Source of the DNA: an uncultured Candidatus Saccharibacteria bacterium
Lineage (GTDB): Bacteria; Patescibacteriota; Minisyncoccia; Phycocordibacterales; UBA5272
Length of the DNA stretch: 31,234 nucleotides
NCBI GenBank assembly: GCA_964577625.1
Contig: CAZNZP010000001.1
Location: 1-31,234 of the forward strand
Reading direction: 5' to 3'
Part shown: positions 17,311-25,660 of the stretch, in pieces
How the letters are laid out: each line of letters begins with the position of its first letter
How positions within the stretch are numbered: position 1 is the first letter of the stretch
Made by a program: the position numbers and the translations under genes
The notes under the pieces: generated by a model
Databases searched by the model: none
What the model saw: only the letters and a program-made list of their open reading frames with translations
What the model was told of the DNA's origin: nothing

Positions 17311-17341
17311 ATTATATTTAAATTATAACATCATTTTTTCT

Positions 17342-18301
17342 TTACCCTTTTTTCTTTTTTCCTTTCACTCTTCTGGCGGGGACAAATAAAAATAATAATT
17401 TATAATAATATTTGAAGAAAATCAAAGCTAATGCTGCTATAGTAAAATTAAATATAAAATGAGAAAAAGCTACTTGACTATGTAAGACCAAAGGTAAGCT
17501 CTGAATAAATGCTGAAAATTCTTTAATGAAAGGAAGGAATAAGATTACTCCTATAAAGCTAAATAAAAAATGAGCCACCGCAATTCTTTTTCCATCGTTG
17601 TTAGACACAATAGAAGCCACAAGAGCAGTAGTCGTAGTACCAATATTTGATCCCAAAATTAAAGCAAAAGATTGATCAAAATTTAAAATACCTTTAGCGG
17701 CTAAAATCACAATAATACTAGTCATGAGAGTTGAAGACTGTAAAATATTTGTCAGCACAAATCCAATAAAAGTCCCTAGCCAAATATTGGAAGCTAAAGA
17801 AGCCATTTGTAAAACAGTCTCAGATTCAGCCAGAGGCTGAGTAATCATTGAAATTAAATATAAGGATGAAAAGATTAATCCAAAATAAAAAATCAATTGT
17901 CCATAAACTTTAGCTCCATTTCTTGCTTTCATTAAGAGAAATCCTAAAATTATTAAATATGGAGCCACATCCAAAATTCTAAAGGATAATAATTGTACTG
18001 TGAGAGTGGTGCCCAAGTTAGCACCAATAAGCACAGCCAAAGCTCCCGCCAAAGTAATCAATTTACTTTTAGTCATGGTCACCAACAAGACAGAAACTGC
18101 GGTACTAGACTGTAAAAGAGCGGTAATTATAAAACCAATAAAAACCCCTAAAATAGGAACTTTAGTCCATCTATGCAAAATTCTTTTTATATCATCTTTA
18201 AAAGCTTGTTCCGCATAAAAAGAGAACTTTTGAATAGCAAAAAGAAAAAGACAAATGATAGCTACAATTGATATAAAAATACCAAAATTCGGGTAAGACA
18301 T
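17342..18301 (-). CDS. Na/Pi cotransporter family membrane protein
   Basis: Two repeats of QSS(T)...G(A/S)N(L/I)GTT typical of NptA/SLC34. Confidence 0.9.
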   Translation of the reverse strand: MSYPNFGIFISIVAIICLFLFAIQKFSFYAEQAFKDDIKRILHRWTKVPILGVFIGFIITALLQSSTAVSVLLVTMTKSKLITLAGALAVLIGANLGTTLTVQLLSFRILDVAPYLIILGFLLMKARNGAKVYGQLIFYFGLIFSSLYLISMITQPLAESETVLQMASLASNIWLGTFIGFVLTNILQSSTLMTSIIVILAAKGILNFDQSFALILGSNIGTTTTALVASIVSNNDGKRIAVAHFLFSFIGVILFLPFIKEFSAFIQSLPLVLHSQVAFSHFIFNFTIAALALIFFKYYYKLLFLFVPARRVKGKKKKG

Positions 18302-18363
18302 ACTCTTACACTATTTTAGCATAGAAATTTTTATCAAAATGACAATAAGTAATTTCTGAAAAT

Positions 18364-19782
18364 TTACTTTTCTTCTTTTTCTAATTTTATACCTAATTCT
18401 TTCAAATGTTTATCACTAGTTGGAGCTGGAGTTTGAATAAGCAAGTCTTTTCCTTCACCTGTTTTTGGAAAAGCTATCACTTCACGAATATTTGGCTCAT
18501 TTACAAGTATCATGATAAGCCGATCAAATCCCCAAGCAATACCTCCATGTGGAGGAGTGCCTGATTTGAAAGCACGAAGCATATGTCCAAAATTTTTATC
18601 AATTCTATTTTCATCGTAACCCAAAATTTCTAACACTTTTTTCAAATCCTCTGCTTTGTGATTTCTGACTGACCCACCACCAAGCTCATAACCGTTCATG
18701 ATGATATCGTATTGTTGAGTGATAATATCCCCAATATTTTTCTTATCATGAAGATCTTGCATATTTTCTTCTTTAGGGCGAGAAAATGGGTTGTGAGTAA
18801 AAGTCCATTCTCCTTCAGCTTCAGGATCATCAGAGTCACTGGTACGCTCAAAGAAAGGAAAGTCTACCACCCATTCAAAAGCGAGTAAATCTGGATCATC
18901 TTTATCTTCTCTCAAATCTGGTCTATCATTACCATATTTTTCCATCGCTTCTTTGTAGGTAAGTACCGGGAAAGGAATTTGTTGAATTCTTTTTTCTGGA
19001 AAAAGCTCTTGTACCATTTTGATTAAAATCTCTTCATTCACCTGACGAATCTCTTCTGCGGTAGCAAAACTCATTTCAATGTCTAACTGGGTAAATTCTG
19101 GCTGTCTATCACCTCTAGTATCTTCATCTCGCATACATTTAGCAAATTGAAAATATCTTTCCATACCACCGCTCATGAGAAGCTGTTTATATTGTTGAGG
19201 AGATTGTGGTAAAGCGTAAAAACTTCCTTTCCAAAGACGACTAGGTACAATATATGAGCGAGCCCCTTCTGGTGTAGGATTGGTGAGAATTGGAGTTTCT
19301 ACTTCTACAAAATCTCTAGCTAAAAATTCTTTTCTTAAAAAGTTTTGGACTTTACTTCTCAAGCGAAGATTGTTTTGGATTCTTTCTCTTCGCATATCTA
19401 AATATTTTTTTTCAAGACGCACATCTTCACTTATTTCTTTACCATCAGTAGAAATATCAAAAGCTGGAGTTTCTGCTTCATTCAAAACTTGTATACTCAA
19501 AACTTCTAGTTCAAGATCTCCATTCAAAACTCCTTCTTTTCTATTTCTTTCTGGACGCTCATTGACTTTGGCAGAAATTTCTACCACCCATTCTGGACGA
19601 AGTCTCTCTGCTACAGCTTTAGCTTCTTCATGATTTGGAAGCACTACCGCCTGCACTTTTCCTGAGAAATCACGAATGTCTAGGAAGATTAATTTCCCCT
19701 GATCACGTCTCACATCTACCCAACCTTTTACAGTTATTTCTTTATTAATATTGTCTTTTAAATCTCTAATTAAAGTCCTCAT
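18364..19782 (-). CDS. aspS: Aspartate-tRNA ligase, compact form
   Basis: GWVDVRRDQGKLIFLDIRD, ALPQSPQQYKQLLM, RDEDTRGDRQPEFTQLDIEM, HNPFS, PPHGGIAWGFDRL, FPKT. Confidence 0.96.
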   Translation of the reverse strand: MRTLIRDLKDNINKEITVKGWVDVRRDQGKLIFLDIRDFSGKVQAVVLPNHEEAKAVAERLRPEWVVEISAKVNERPERNRKEGVLNGDLELEVLSIQVLNEAETPAFDISTDGKEISEDVRLEKKYLDMRRERIQNNLRLRSKVQNFLRKEFLARDFVEVETPILTNPTPEGARSYIVPSRLWKGSFYALPQSPQQYKQLLMSGGMERYFQFAKCMRDEDTRGDRQPEFTQLDIEMSFATAEEIRQVNEEILIKMVQELFPEKRIQQIPFPVLTYKEAMEKYGNDRPDLREDKDDPDLLAFEWVVDFPFFERTSDSDDPEAEGEWTFTHNPFSRPKEENMQDLHDKKNIGDIITQQYDIIMNGYELGGGSVRNHKAEDLKKVLEILGYDENRIDKNFGHMLRAFKSGTPPHGGIAWGFDRLIMILVNEPNIREVIAFPKTGEGKDLLIQTPAPTSDKHLKELGIKLEKEEK

Positions 19783-19857
19783 AAAATTATATTTTTAGCT
19801 ATTAAGATTTGTATTATAGCAAAATAACAGACAAAAAGAAAAACCACTTTTATAGGT

Positions 19858-20289
19858 TTAGAGAATACTTATATATGAACTAATAGCAATTAAATAGATA
19901 GTTATACTAGAAAATAAATGCCAAAAAACATGTGACCAAGTGTAAATAAGCTCATCACTTTCTTTGCTATAAAATAAAGAAAGTATCCAGTTTAAAAGAG
20001 CGATAATGCTTAAGACAAAAATATGATTGGCGCTATTACTTGCGATTAAATTGTTTTCATAAATAAACCAAATGAGATAAGCAGCAAAAGATGCTGAAGC
20101 TATCCAATCAGCAATTCTAAAATAAATATTTTTTGGATAAGAGTGATAAAAAATACAAGTCAAAAATACTAAAAATAAAAAGCTTATAATTATCTTATTA
20201 GTGCCATTGAGAGCTATAGCTGTCACTATATAAATAAAAGAAGAGAATAAGACAATTTTATTTCCTGGTATGCCTTTTAAAGCAGTCAT
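19858..20289 (-). CDS. Small multi-TM protein, possibly CREST/haemolysin-III-like
   Basis: About five hydrophobic helices with TCIFYH and HVFWH motifs. Confidence 0.55.
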   Translation of the reverse strand: MTALKGIPGNKIVLFSSFIYIVTAIALNGTNKIIISFLFLVFLTCIFYHSYPKNIYFRIADWIASASFAAYLIWFIYENNLIASNSANHIFVLSIIALLNWILSLFYSKESDELIYTWSHVFWHLFSSITIYLIAISSYISIL

Positions 20290-20308
20290 ACTAATATTAT
20301 AGCAAAAA

Positions 20309-20337
20309 TAAAAAGCAGATTTGTGTTCTGCTTTTTA
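20309..20337. terminator. Intrinsic terminator
   Basis: TAAAAAGCAGA-tttgtgt-TCTGCTTTTTA. Confidence 0.75.
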
Positions 20338-20359
20338 TATTTAACTATTTTACTAAAGT

Positions 20360-21445
20360 TTACCAAAGACCTTGATTGAGATAGAGTAGAAGCGTGAGAA
20401 TAATCATAGTCACTACTCCATAAATCATATGAAGCCAATGTCCTTTTTTATACTCTACCACAAGGAAAGAAATGAGAGAAATACCAAGCACAGCCATGAC
20501 TATTTTATAAAAAGTATTCAAGTTGTACCAAAAATTATAAATAAATCTTTGCCAAGGAGTAGAATAGTGGTCTACTTGTGTGCTAGTAGAGACCCCTGTA
20601 AAAATATCTGTATCTGTAGCATTTTCATAAGTTTCCCTATCAGCTACTATCATAGTATTGTTTTCATTTACTAAAGTCACATAATTTTCTCCTGTCTCCA
20701 TAACAGGTGGAGATGGTAAAGTCGGAGTAGAAATAGTAGCATTACTAGTAGAAGCTCCAGCCACCTCACCAGCTGTCCCAGTTGCAGTCTCATCTATCAC
20801 AGGATCTATAGCTGCAGAAGCCATTGGTACAATCGCAGTAGTAGCCGCACTCGCTTTTGGAGTACCAAACATTTGCACAACATAAATAGTATTGTGTCCG
20901 TCTATCATCCCCTCTTTGACTGTAATACCAATCTCTGTAAATTTACTATTCAAAATATTTGCTTTATGGGTCGGAGATTTCATCCAAGCATCTGAAACAT
21001 CTTTAGACTGAGTAAAGTCTACAGCTAAATTTTCTCCAGCATACATAAAATCATAGCCAGCTTTTTTAAGCCAATACCAAGGAGTTTTCCCTGTTGGAGA
21101 ATTGTGAGCAAAATATTGATAAGCCGCCATGTCGTCTGCTTTATATGCTGAAGCTTGCTCTAAAAGAGAATTTTTTTTCAAAGGAGATTCACCATACTTT
21201 TGACGAGTCTCATTAGTGAGGTCAATAAGAACGGAAGAAACTATTTCTTGACCTTGCACAGTCCCATGTAAGAAATAATATCTCGCAAAAGAAATTCCGG
21301 ATAAAAACAAAGACACACTAATAATGGCTATTAAAGTAAACTCATGCAACATGTGCGGCTTATGATGATTCTTTTCACTCGGAATAAAAGAATATTTCAA
21401 AAGTTGGCCCATTTTTTTAATTTTTTCCTTTTCGTTCATATTCAA
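20360..21445 (-). CDS. CAP (SCP) domain membrane protein
   Basis: LIDLTNETR, KADDMAAYQYFAHNSP, GENLAVDF, WMKSPTHKANIL; N- and C-terminal TM helices. Confidence 0.93.
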   Translation of the reverse strand: MNMNEKEKIKKMGQLLKYSFIPSEKNHHKPHMLHEFTLIAIISVSLFLSGISFARYYFLHGTVQGQEIVSSVLIDLTNETRQKYGESPLKKNSLLEQASAYKADDMAAYQYFAHNSPTGKTPWYWLKKAGYDFMYAGENLAVDFTQSKDVSDAWMKSPTHKANILNSKFTEIGITVKEGMIDGHNTIYVVQMFGTPKASAATTAIVPMASAAIDPVIDETATGTAGEVAGASTSNATISTPTLPSPPVMETGENYVTLVNENNTMIVADRETYENATDTDIFTGVSTSTQVDHYSTPWQRFIYNFWYNLNTFYKIVMAVLGISLISFLVVEYKKGHWLHMIYGVVTMIILTLLLYLNQGLW

Positions 21446-21456
21446 TATTTTACCAT

Positions 21457-21487
21457 AAATAAAACCCGCTTTTAGCGGGGTTTATTT
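21457..21487. terminator. Intrinsic terminator
   Basis: AAATAAAACCCGCT-ttt-AGCGGGGTTTATTT. Confidence 0.7.
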
Positions 21488-21515
21488 TATATACTAAGTT
21501 TTCTTTTATTTGGTT

Positions 21516-24500
21516 TTATTCAGATAAAAGGGCGCTTATTTCAGAGTTTTCTAAAAGCATTTCATTTGCAGATTGCTTTGTAGACCAGTAAAAGTTTCCT
21601 GTCCCTTCATTATCAAAGATTTCTACTCTTTGTAAAATAATATCGTTCGCTTCTTGGAATCTAATTACAGCATCTCTGGTTTTTGGACCAAATACATCTG
21701 TCTCATTTCCTTTTGAACCAGGACCAACTTCAGCCACAGTGAATCCTTTTGCATTTAAGAATTTTTGAAGAGCTTTTACTTCATCATGTACTGATCCGAG
21801 CTTAAGATTTTGTGTAAATTGATAAGCTGTAGCACCAAGTACTCGCCCTCCTGTTGAAGGAGTTGTTACTGCTGTGCTAAACGTCGCAGGAGTGAATACT
21901 ATTAATCCTCCTCCACCTGATGTTATAGCAGGAGTAGTTTCGGGAGTTGTTGAAGAATTATCATCTCCTTCACCTCCATTATCACCACCATTTTCACCAC
22001 CATTTTCAGGCGTGATAACTGTAAAGTTAGATGTCCATCCAGCAGTACTACTATTTCCTGCCATATCTGTTACTGATACATGTGCTGCAAAATCTCCGTC
22101 CACACATGCTGTTGATGTACCAGTTACTGTTAATGTAGAGATATCATAATCTACTGACCAAAGTGAACTTGTTGAGAATGGAGAAGTTATTAAGTTTACT
22201 GTTGTTCCACCACAACGATCATTTGTTACACGACTTACTAGTTGAACATATACTCTGTTTAGAGCAAGATTATCTGTTGCAGTTCCACTTAAAGTAAATT
22301 TACCGTCTACTACAGAGCTTACATTGATGTCTGTCGCTGGTGAAGTTTTATCAAAGTAATAATGAACTGATTTACTCCATGCTCCAGCATTACCGTCTAC
22401 ATCAATAGCGCGTACCCAAATAGTCACTCCACCTTGTTCACTGTCTGCTGGTTGATGACTTCTTGAAGTTCCATTATTAACATCACGACAACCAATAAAT
22501 CCATCTACACCAACCATAACCAATCCTGGACATGTATTCACGCCACCAAATGTATGTCCATCGTCATAGTTGTAAGCTATCTGATAATGGTCAATCTCTT
22601 CATCATCACCGTTTATATCTTTTGTCACTTCTGACCAAGCATTTAATATTGGTGAAGATTTAAGCCATTGTCTTGCTGTTGGAGCTAATATTATCGGAGC
22701 AGCAGGAGCTGTTCTATCAATTGTGTAAGTTATCTCAAAAGGATTACTACAATTTGACTCGTTACCTGCAGCATCAACAGCTACAACACAATAATAATGT
22801 GTTCCTTCGCCTTGATTAAATACTCCAGCTAGTGATGTAGTATTTACAGTTGTTGTATATTCACTACCAACTTTATATTGATTTCCATCAATAGCATTCC
22901 AGTATTTGTAAATATAATGATCTACATCAGATGAAGCACTTGCATCCCAGCTAGCTGTTCCAGATACTTCTTTTGTTGCTCCACCATTTGGAATTATATT
23001 ATTTTTAGCTGTAGTCCAAGATAGATTTGTTGGAGCAGTTGGAGCAGTATTATCTACTGTAATTCTCCATAATGAACTCCAAGCACCTAATATATTATTT
23101 CCATCTATACCTCGTACACGCCAGTAAAATATAGCATCAGCAACATTGTTAGCTGTTTTTGAAGTGGTAGCAAATTCTTCTTGCCATCTTAAACTAGTAG
23201 CCGCAGAATCATTAAAGCTTTGATACTGATATTTCACTGCACCTACTACCTGACTCCAAACATTGGTAATAGAGTCACCTTTTACTACAGAATTATCTAC
23301 TGGAGAGATTAATGTTGGTGCAACTAATTTTAGTTTATAAAATCTATCTCCAGATACAAATTTGTCATCTAGATAAGAGTATTGATTATTAACATCAACT
23401 ACTTCACCCTTTGTTATATCGTCTACATAAATATCAGGAATAATTGATGATTCTTGATGATTACTTGTAGAAGAAATTTCTAGATGAGATTTATTATTAT
23501 TTCCATCTAACTTATCCACGTTTATTCCATGCCAACCATTGTTCTCTGTAGTAATATTTGTAACTTTTACATTTGAGCCATTAATACCAAGTCCTGTTCT
23601 GTCATTATTTTTAACAGTTACAGAATTTATTTCTACATTTTTTGAACCAAAGACATTGATACCGTGTAAGTCTGTACCCTGATTACCGTCAATCACTAAG
23701 TCATTTATTTTTACATTATCAGACTGAACTCCAATCGCTGAATTATTACTATTGTCAGTCTTTGTAAAGGTTGGAGTAATAGTATTTCCATTACCATTAA
23801 ATATAATGGCTTTTGTTATAGTGATTTGTTTATTAGTTGAAATATCTGAATCTAATTCAATAGTATCACCATCTTGAATAGCAGCTAAAACACTACCTAG
23901 ATTGTCTAATGTGCTATTTACATGATAAGTAATACTTATTGAGCCAGAAGTTGCATTACCACTATTATTAAAACCAGTACTGTAACGATAAGCGTTTATC
24001 CAATTAATATTAGTTGTGTTAATTATTTCTACATTATTGAAATCAACATTTGTACCACTTGGTGAATATCTAAATGAGATACCTGCATTATTTATCATAA
24101 CATTCTCGACTGTATGATTACCAGAATGATTAAAATAAAGCGAACCACCCCATTGTTGCGCTCCTTCTTTAGTCATACTTTGAGCCATTGCATTATCGTA
24201 TTCTGATATATCAGTAAGAGTATTTGGTTTTATAATAATATTTTTAATTGTTACATCATCTCCCAACACTTCAATAGTTTTGTTTGGTTGGATTTTTGGC
24301 ATTAAAGTAAGACCATTTAGAGTTACATTATTTCCAAAGATTGAAATAAGGTTTTGTGTTGCCCAATTACCGTTAGATGTATAACCAGTACCATAAATAG
24401 TCGTCTGATCTGCGCCAGCACCATTTATTGTTAAATTGTTAGCTGTTATTGGAAAATACCAACCAGTTTGTCCGCCAGCTAAAATACTACCAAAAGAACT

Positions 24501-24962
24501 TAATCCATAATTTCCAGCAGCAATATTCCAAGTTTGCCCATCCGCTTGATGTTCAATCGCATCACGAAGTTCTGCAACAGTTGTAATATTTATAATTACT
24601 GGAGCATTTGCTAATGTGGTAACAGTAGCGTCATCAGTCTTAAATACTGGCTGAACTGAAGAACCATCTTTAACTACAGCATTAACTTTCATAACATAAG
24701 TAGTAGAAGCTGAAAGCCCTGTTACTGAATATGTTATAGAAGTTGTTGTAGCTATGGATACACCATCCTTAAATACTTCATAGTAATCTAAAGTACTAGA
24801 AGGATCAAGAGTAATAGCATTCCAAGTCAAATCAAAAGAAGATGATGTGATGTTAGCTGATGCTAAATTAAGATCACTCTCTGCAAAGATTTTATTAGAA
24901 TTATTTACAACTACAAGAATAGAAGCGATTGCTAGACCCGCAATCAATAATATCTTTTTCAT
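21516..24962 (-). CDS. Large secreted surface protein: FN3, beta-helix repeats, Ig/FN3-like domains, C-terminal peptidoglycan-binding-like domain
   Basis: Signal peptide; ITSSSFDLTW..YEVFKDG..GLSASTTYVMKVNA (FN3); N/D-rich beta-helix turns (GLGINGS, GWHGINV); DNTAPTAP and DRTAPAAP linkers; FTQNLKLGS..VKALQKFLN. Confidence 0.8.
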   Translation of the reverse strand: MKKILLIAGLAIASILVVVNNSNKIFAESDLNLASANITSSSFDLTWNAITLDPSSTLDYYEVFKDGVSIATTTSITYSVTGLSASTTYVMKVNAVVKDGSSVQPVFKTDDATVTTLANAPVIINITTVAELRDAIEHQADGQTWNIAAGNYGLSSFGSILAGGQTGWYFPITANNLTINGAGADQTTIYGTGYTSNGNWATQNLISIFGNNVTLNGLTLMPKIQPNKTIEVLGDDVTIKNIIIKPNTLTDISEYDNAMAQSMTKEGAQQWGGSLYFNHSGNHTVENVMINNAGISFRYSPSGTNVDFNNVEIINTTNINWINAYRYSTGFNNSGNATSGSISITYHVNSTLDNLGSVLAAIQDGDTIELDSDISTNKQITITKAIIFNGNGNTITPTFTKTDNSNNSAIGVQSDNVKINDLVIDGNQGTDLHGINVFGSKNVEINSVTVKNNDRTGLGINGSNVKVTNITTENNGWHGINVDKLDGNNNKSHLEISSTSNHQESSIIPDIYVDDITKGEVVDVNNQYSYLDDKFVSGDRFYKLKLVAPTLISPVDNSVVKGDSITNVWSQVVGAVKYQYQSFNDSAATSLRWQEEFATTSKTANNVADAIFYWRVRGIDGNNILGAWSSLWRITVDNTAPTAPTNLSWTTAKNNIIPNGGATKEVSGTASWDASASSDVDHYIYKYWNAIDGNQYKVGSEYTTTVNTTSLAGVFNQGEGTHYYCVVAVDAAGNESNCSNPFEITYTIDRTAPAAPIILAPTARQWLKSSPILNAWSEVTKDINGDDEEIDHYQIAYNYDDGHTFGGVNTCPGLVMVGVDGFIGCRDVNNGTSRSHQPADSEQGGVTIWVRAIDVDGNAGAWSKSVHYYFDKTSPATDINVSSVVDGKFTLSGTATDNLALNRVYVQLVSRVTNDRCGGTTVNLITSPFSTSSLWSVDYDISTLTVTGTSTACVDGDFAAHVSVTDMAGNSSTAGWTSNFTVITPENGGENGGDNGGEGDDNSSTTPETTPAITSGGGGLIVFTPATFSTAVTTPSTGGRVLGATAYQFTQNLKLGSVHDEVKALQKFLNAKGFTVAEVGPGSKGNETDVFGPKTRDAVIRFQEANDIILQRVEIFDNEGTGNFYWSTKQSANEMLLENSEISALLSE

Positions 24963-25219
24963 AAATTTGTTTAATTAATAAAAACTGAATAATAAATAAT
25001 AATCTTATTTGATGTCTCAATATCAAATAAATCACACAATCAATAGTTAGTAAAACTAATAACAAATATATAGATCTCAAATAAAAAATGCTATATATGA
25101 CCCGATTATATCATTTAAGGGATGGAATGCAACTAAAAAAGACTTGTCGTCAATAGGAGTTTTGGGGTGGCTTTTTGTGTGGTAAATAGGATTTATCCAC
25201 CACAAATATATTTTTTCTG

Positions 25220-25293
25220 CGCAGTGAATGGGATTCGAACCCACGACCCCCGCCGTGACAGGGCGGTGCTCTAACCAGCTGAGCTACCACTGC
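25220..25293 (-). tRNA. tRNA-Asp(GUC), CCA not encoded
   Basis: GCAGTGG/TCACTGC acceptor, CCGCC-CTGTCAC-GGCGG, GGGTTCGAATCCC. Confidence 0.96.
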
Positions 25294-25417
25294 ATACTAT
25301 CTAACAAATAATAATTATTCATTAGACAGTTCAAATATTTTAACATATTTAATTTTGGTTTGCAAAATCTAAATTAAAGTGATATTATTTTACATACCTA
25401 TAAAATATATAGAATAT

Positions 25418-25488
25418 TGCGGAATGGAGTAAAGGTAACTCGCAAGGCTCATAACCTTGAAACCCAGGTTCGAATCCCGGTTCCGCTA
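25418..25488 (+). tRNA. tRNA-Met(CAU), probably initiator fMet
   Basis: Unpaired 1:72 (T:T), CAAGG-CTCATAA-CCTTG anticodon arm, GGTTCGAATCC. Confidence 0.85.
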
Positions 25489-25500
25489 CAAGAATTAAAT

Positions 25501-25528
25501 AAAAAACTCCAGAAAGTTGGAGTTTTTT
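25501..25528. terminator. Bidirectional terminator between convergent tRNAs
   Basis: AAAAAACTCCA-gaaagt-TGGAGTTTTTT. Confidence 0.8.
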
Positions 25529-25533
25529 ATTTT

Positions 25534-25610
25534 TGGTGTCAGTAGGTGGAATTGAACCACCGACCTTGGCTTTATGAGTGCCACGCTCTAACCAACTGAG
25601 CTATACTGAC
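25534..25610 (-). tRNA. tRNA with CAU anticodon (elongator Met or Ile2), CCA encoded
   Basis: GTCAGTA/TACTGAC acceptor plus ACCA, AGCTCAGTTGGTTAGAGC D-arm, CTCATAA loop, GGTTCAATTCC. Met versus Ile2 cannot be decided by eye. Confidence 0.9.
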
Positions 25611-25660
25611 ATGTATAGAAAATATATCATATTTTCTATATCTTTTCAAAAAATAAATTT

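Noticed and set aside
21960-22010. 12-bp tandem units in the surface-protein gene
   Set aside because: They encode an ordinary GGEN low-complexity linker, with only two or three copies.
25176-25205. Imperfect inverted repeat with DnaA-box-like TTATCCACC
   Set aside because: The boxes are mismatched, and the position just 3' of tRNA-Asp suggests a terminator or processing hairpin.
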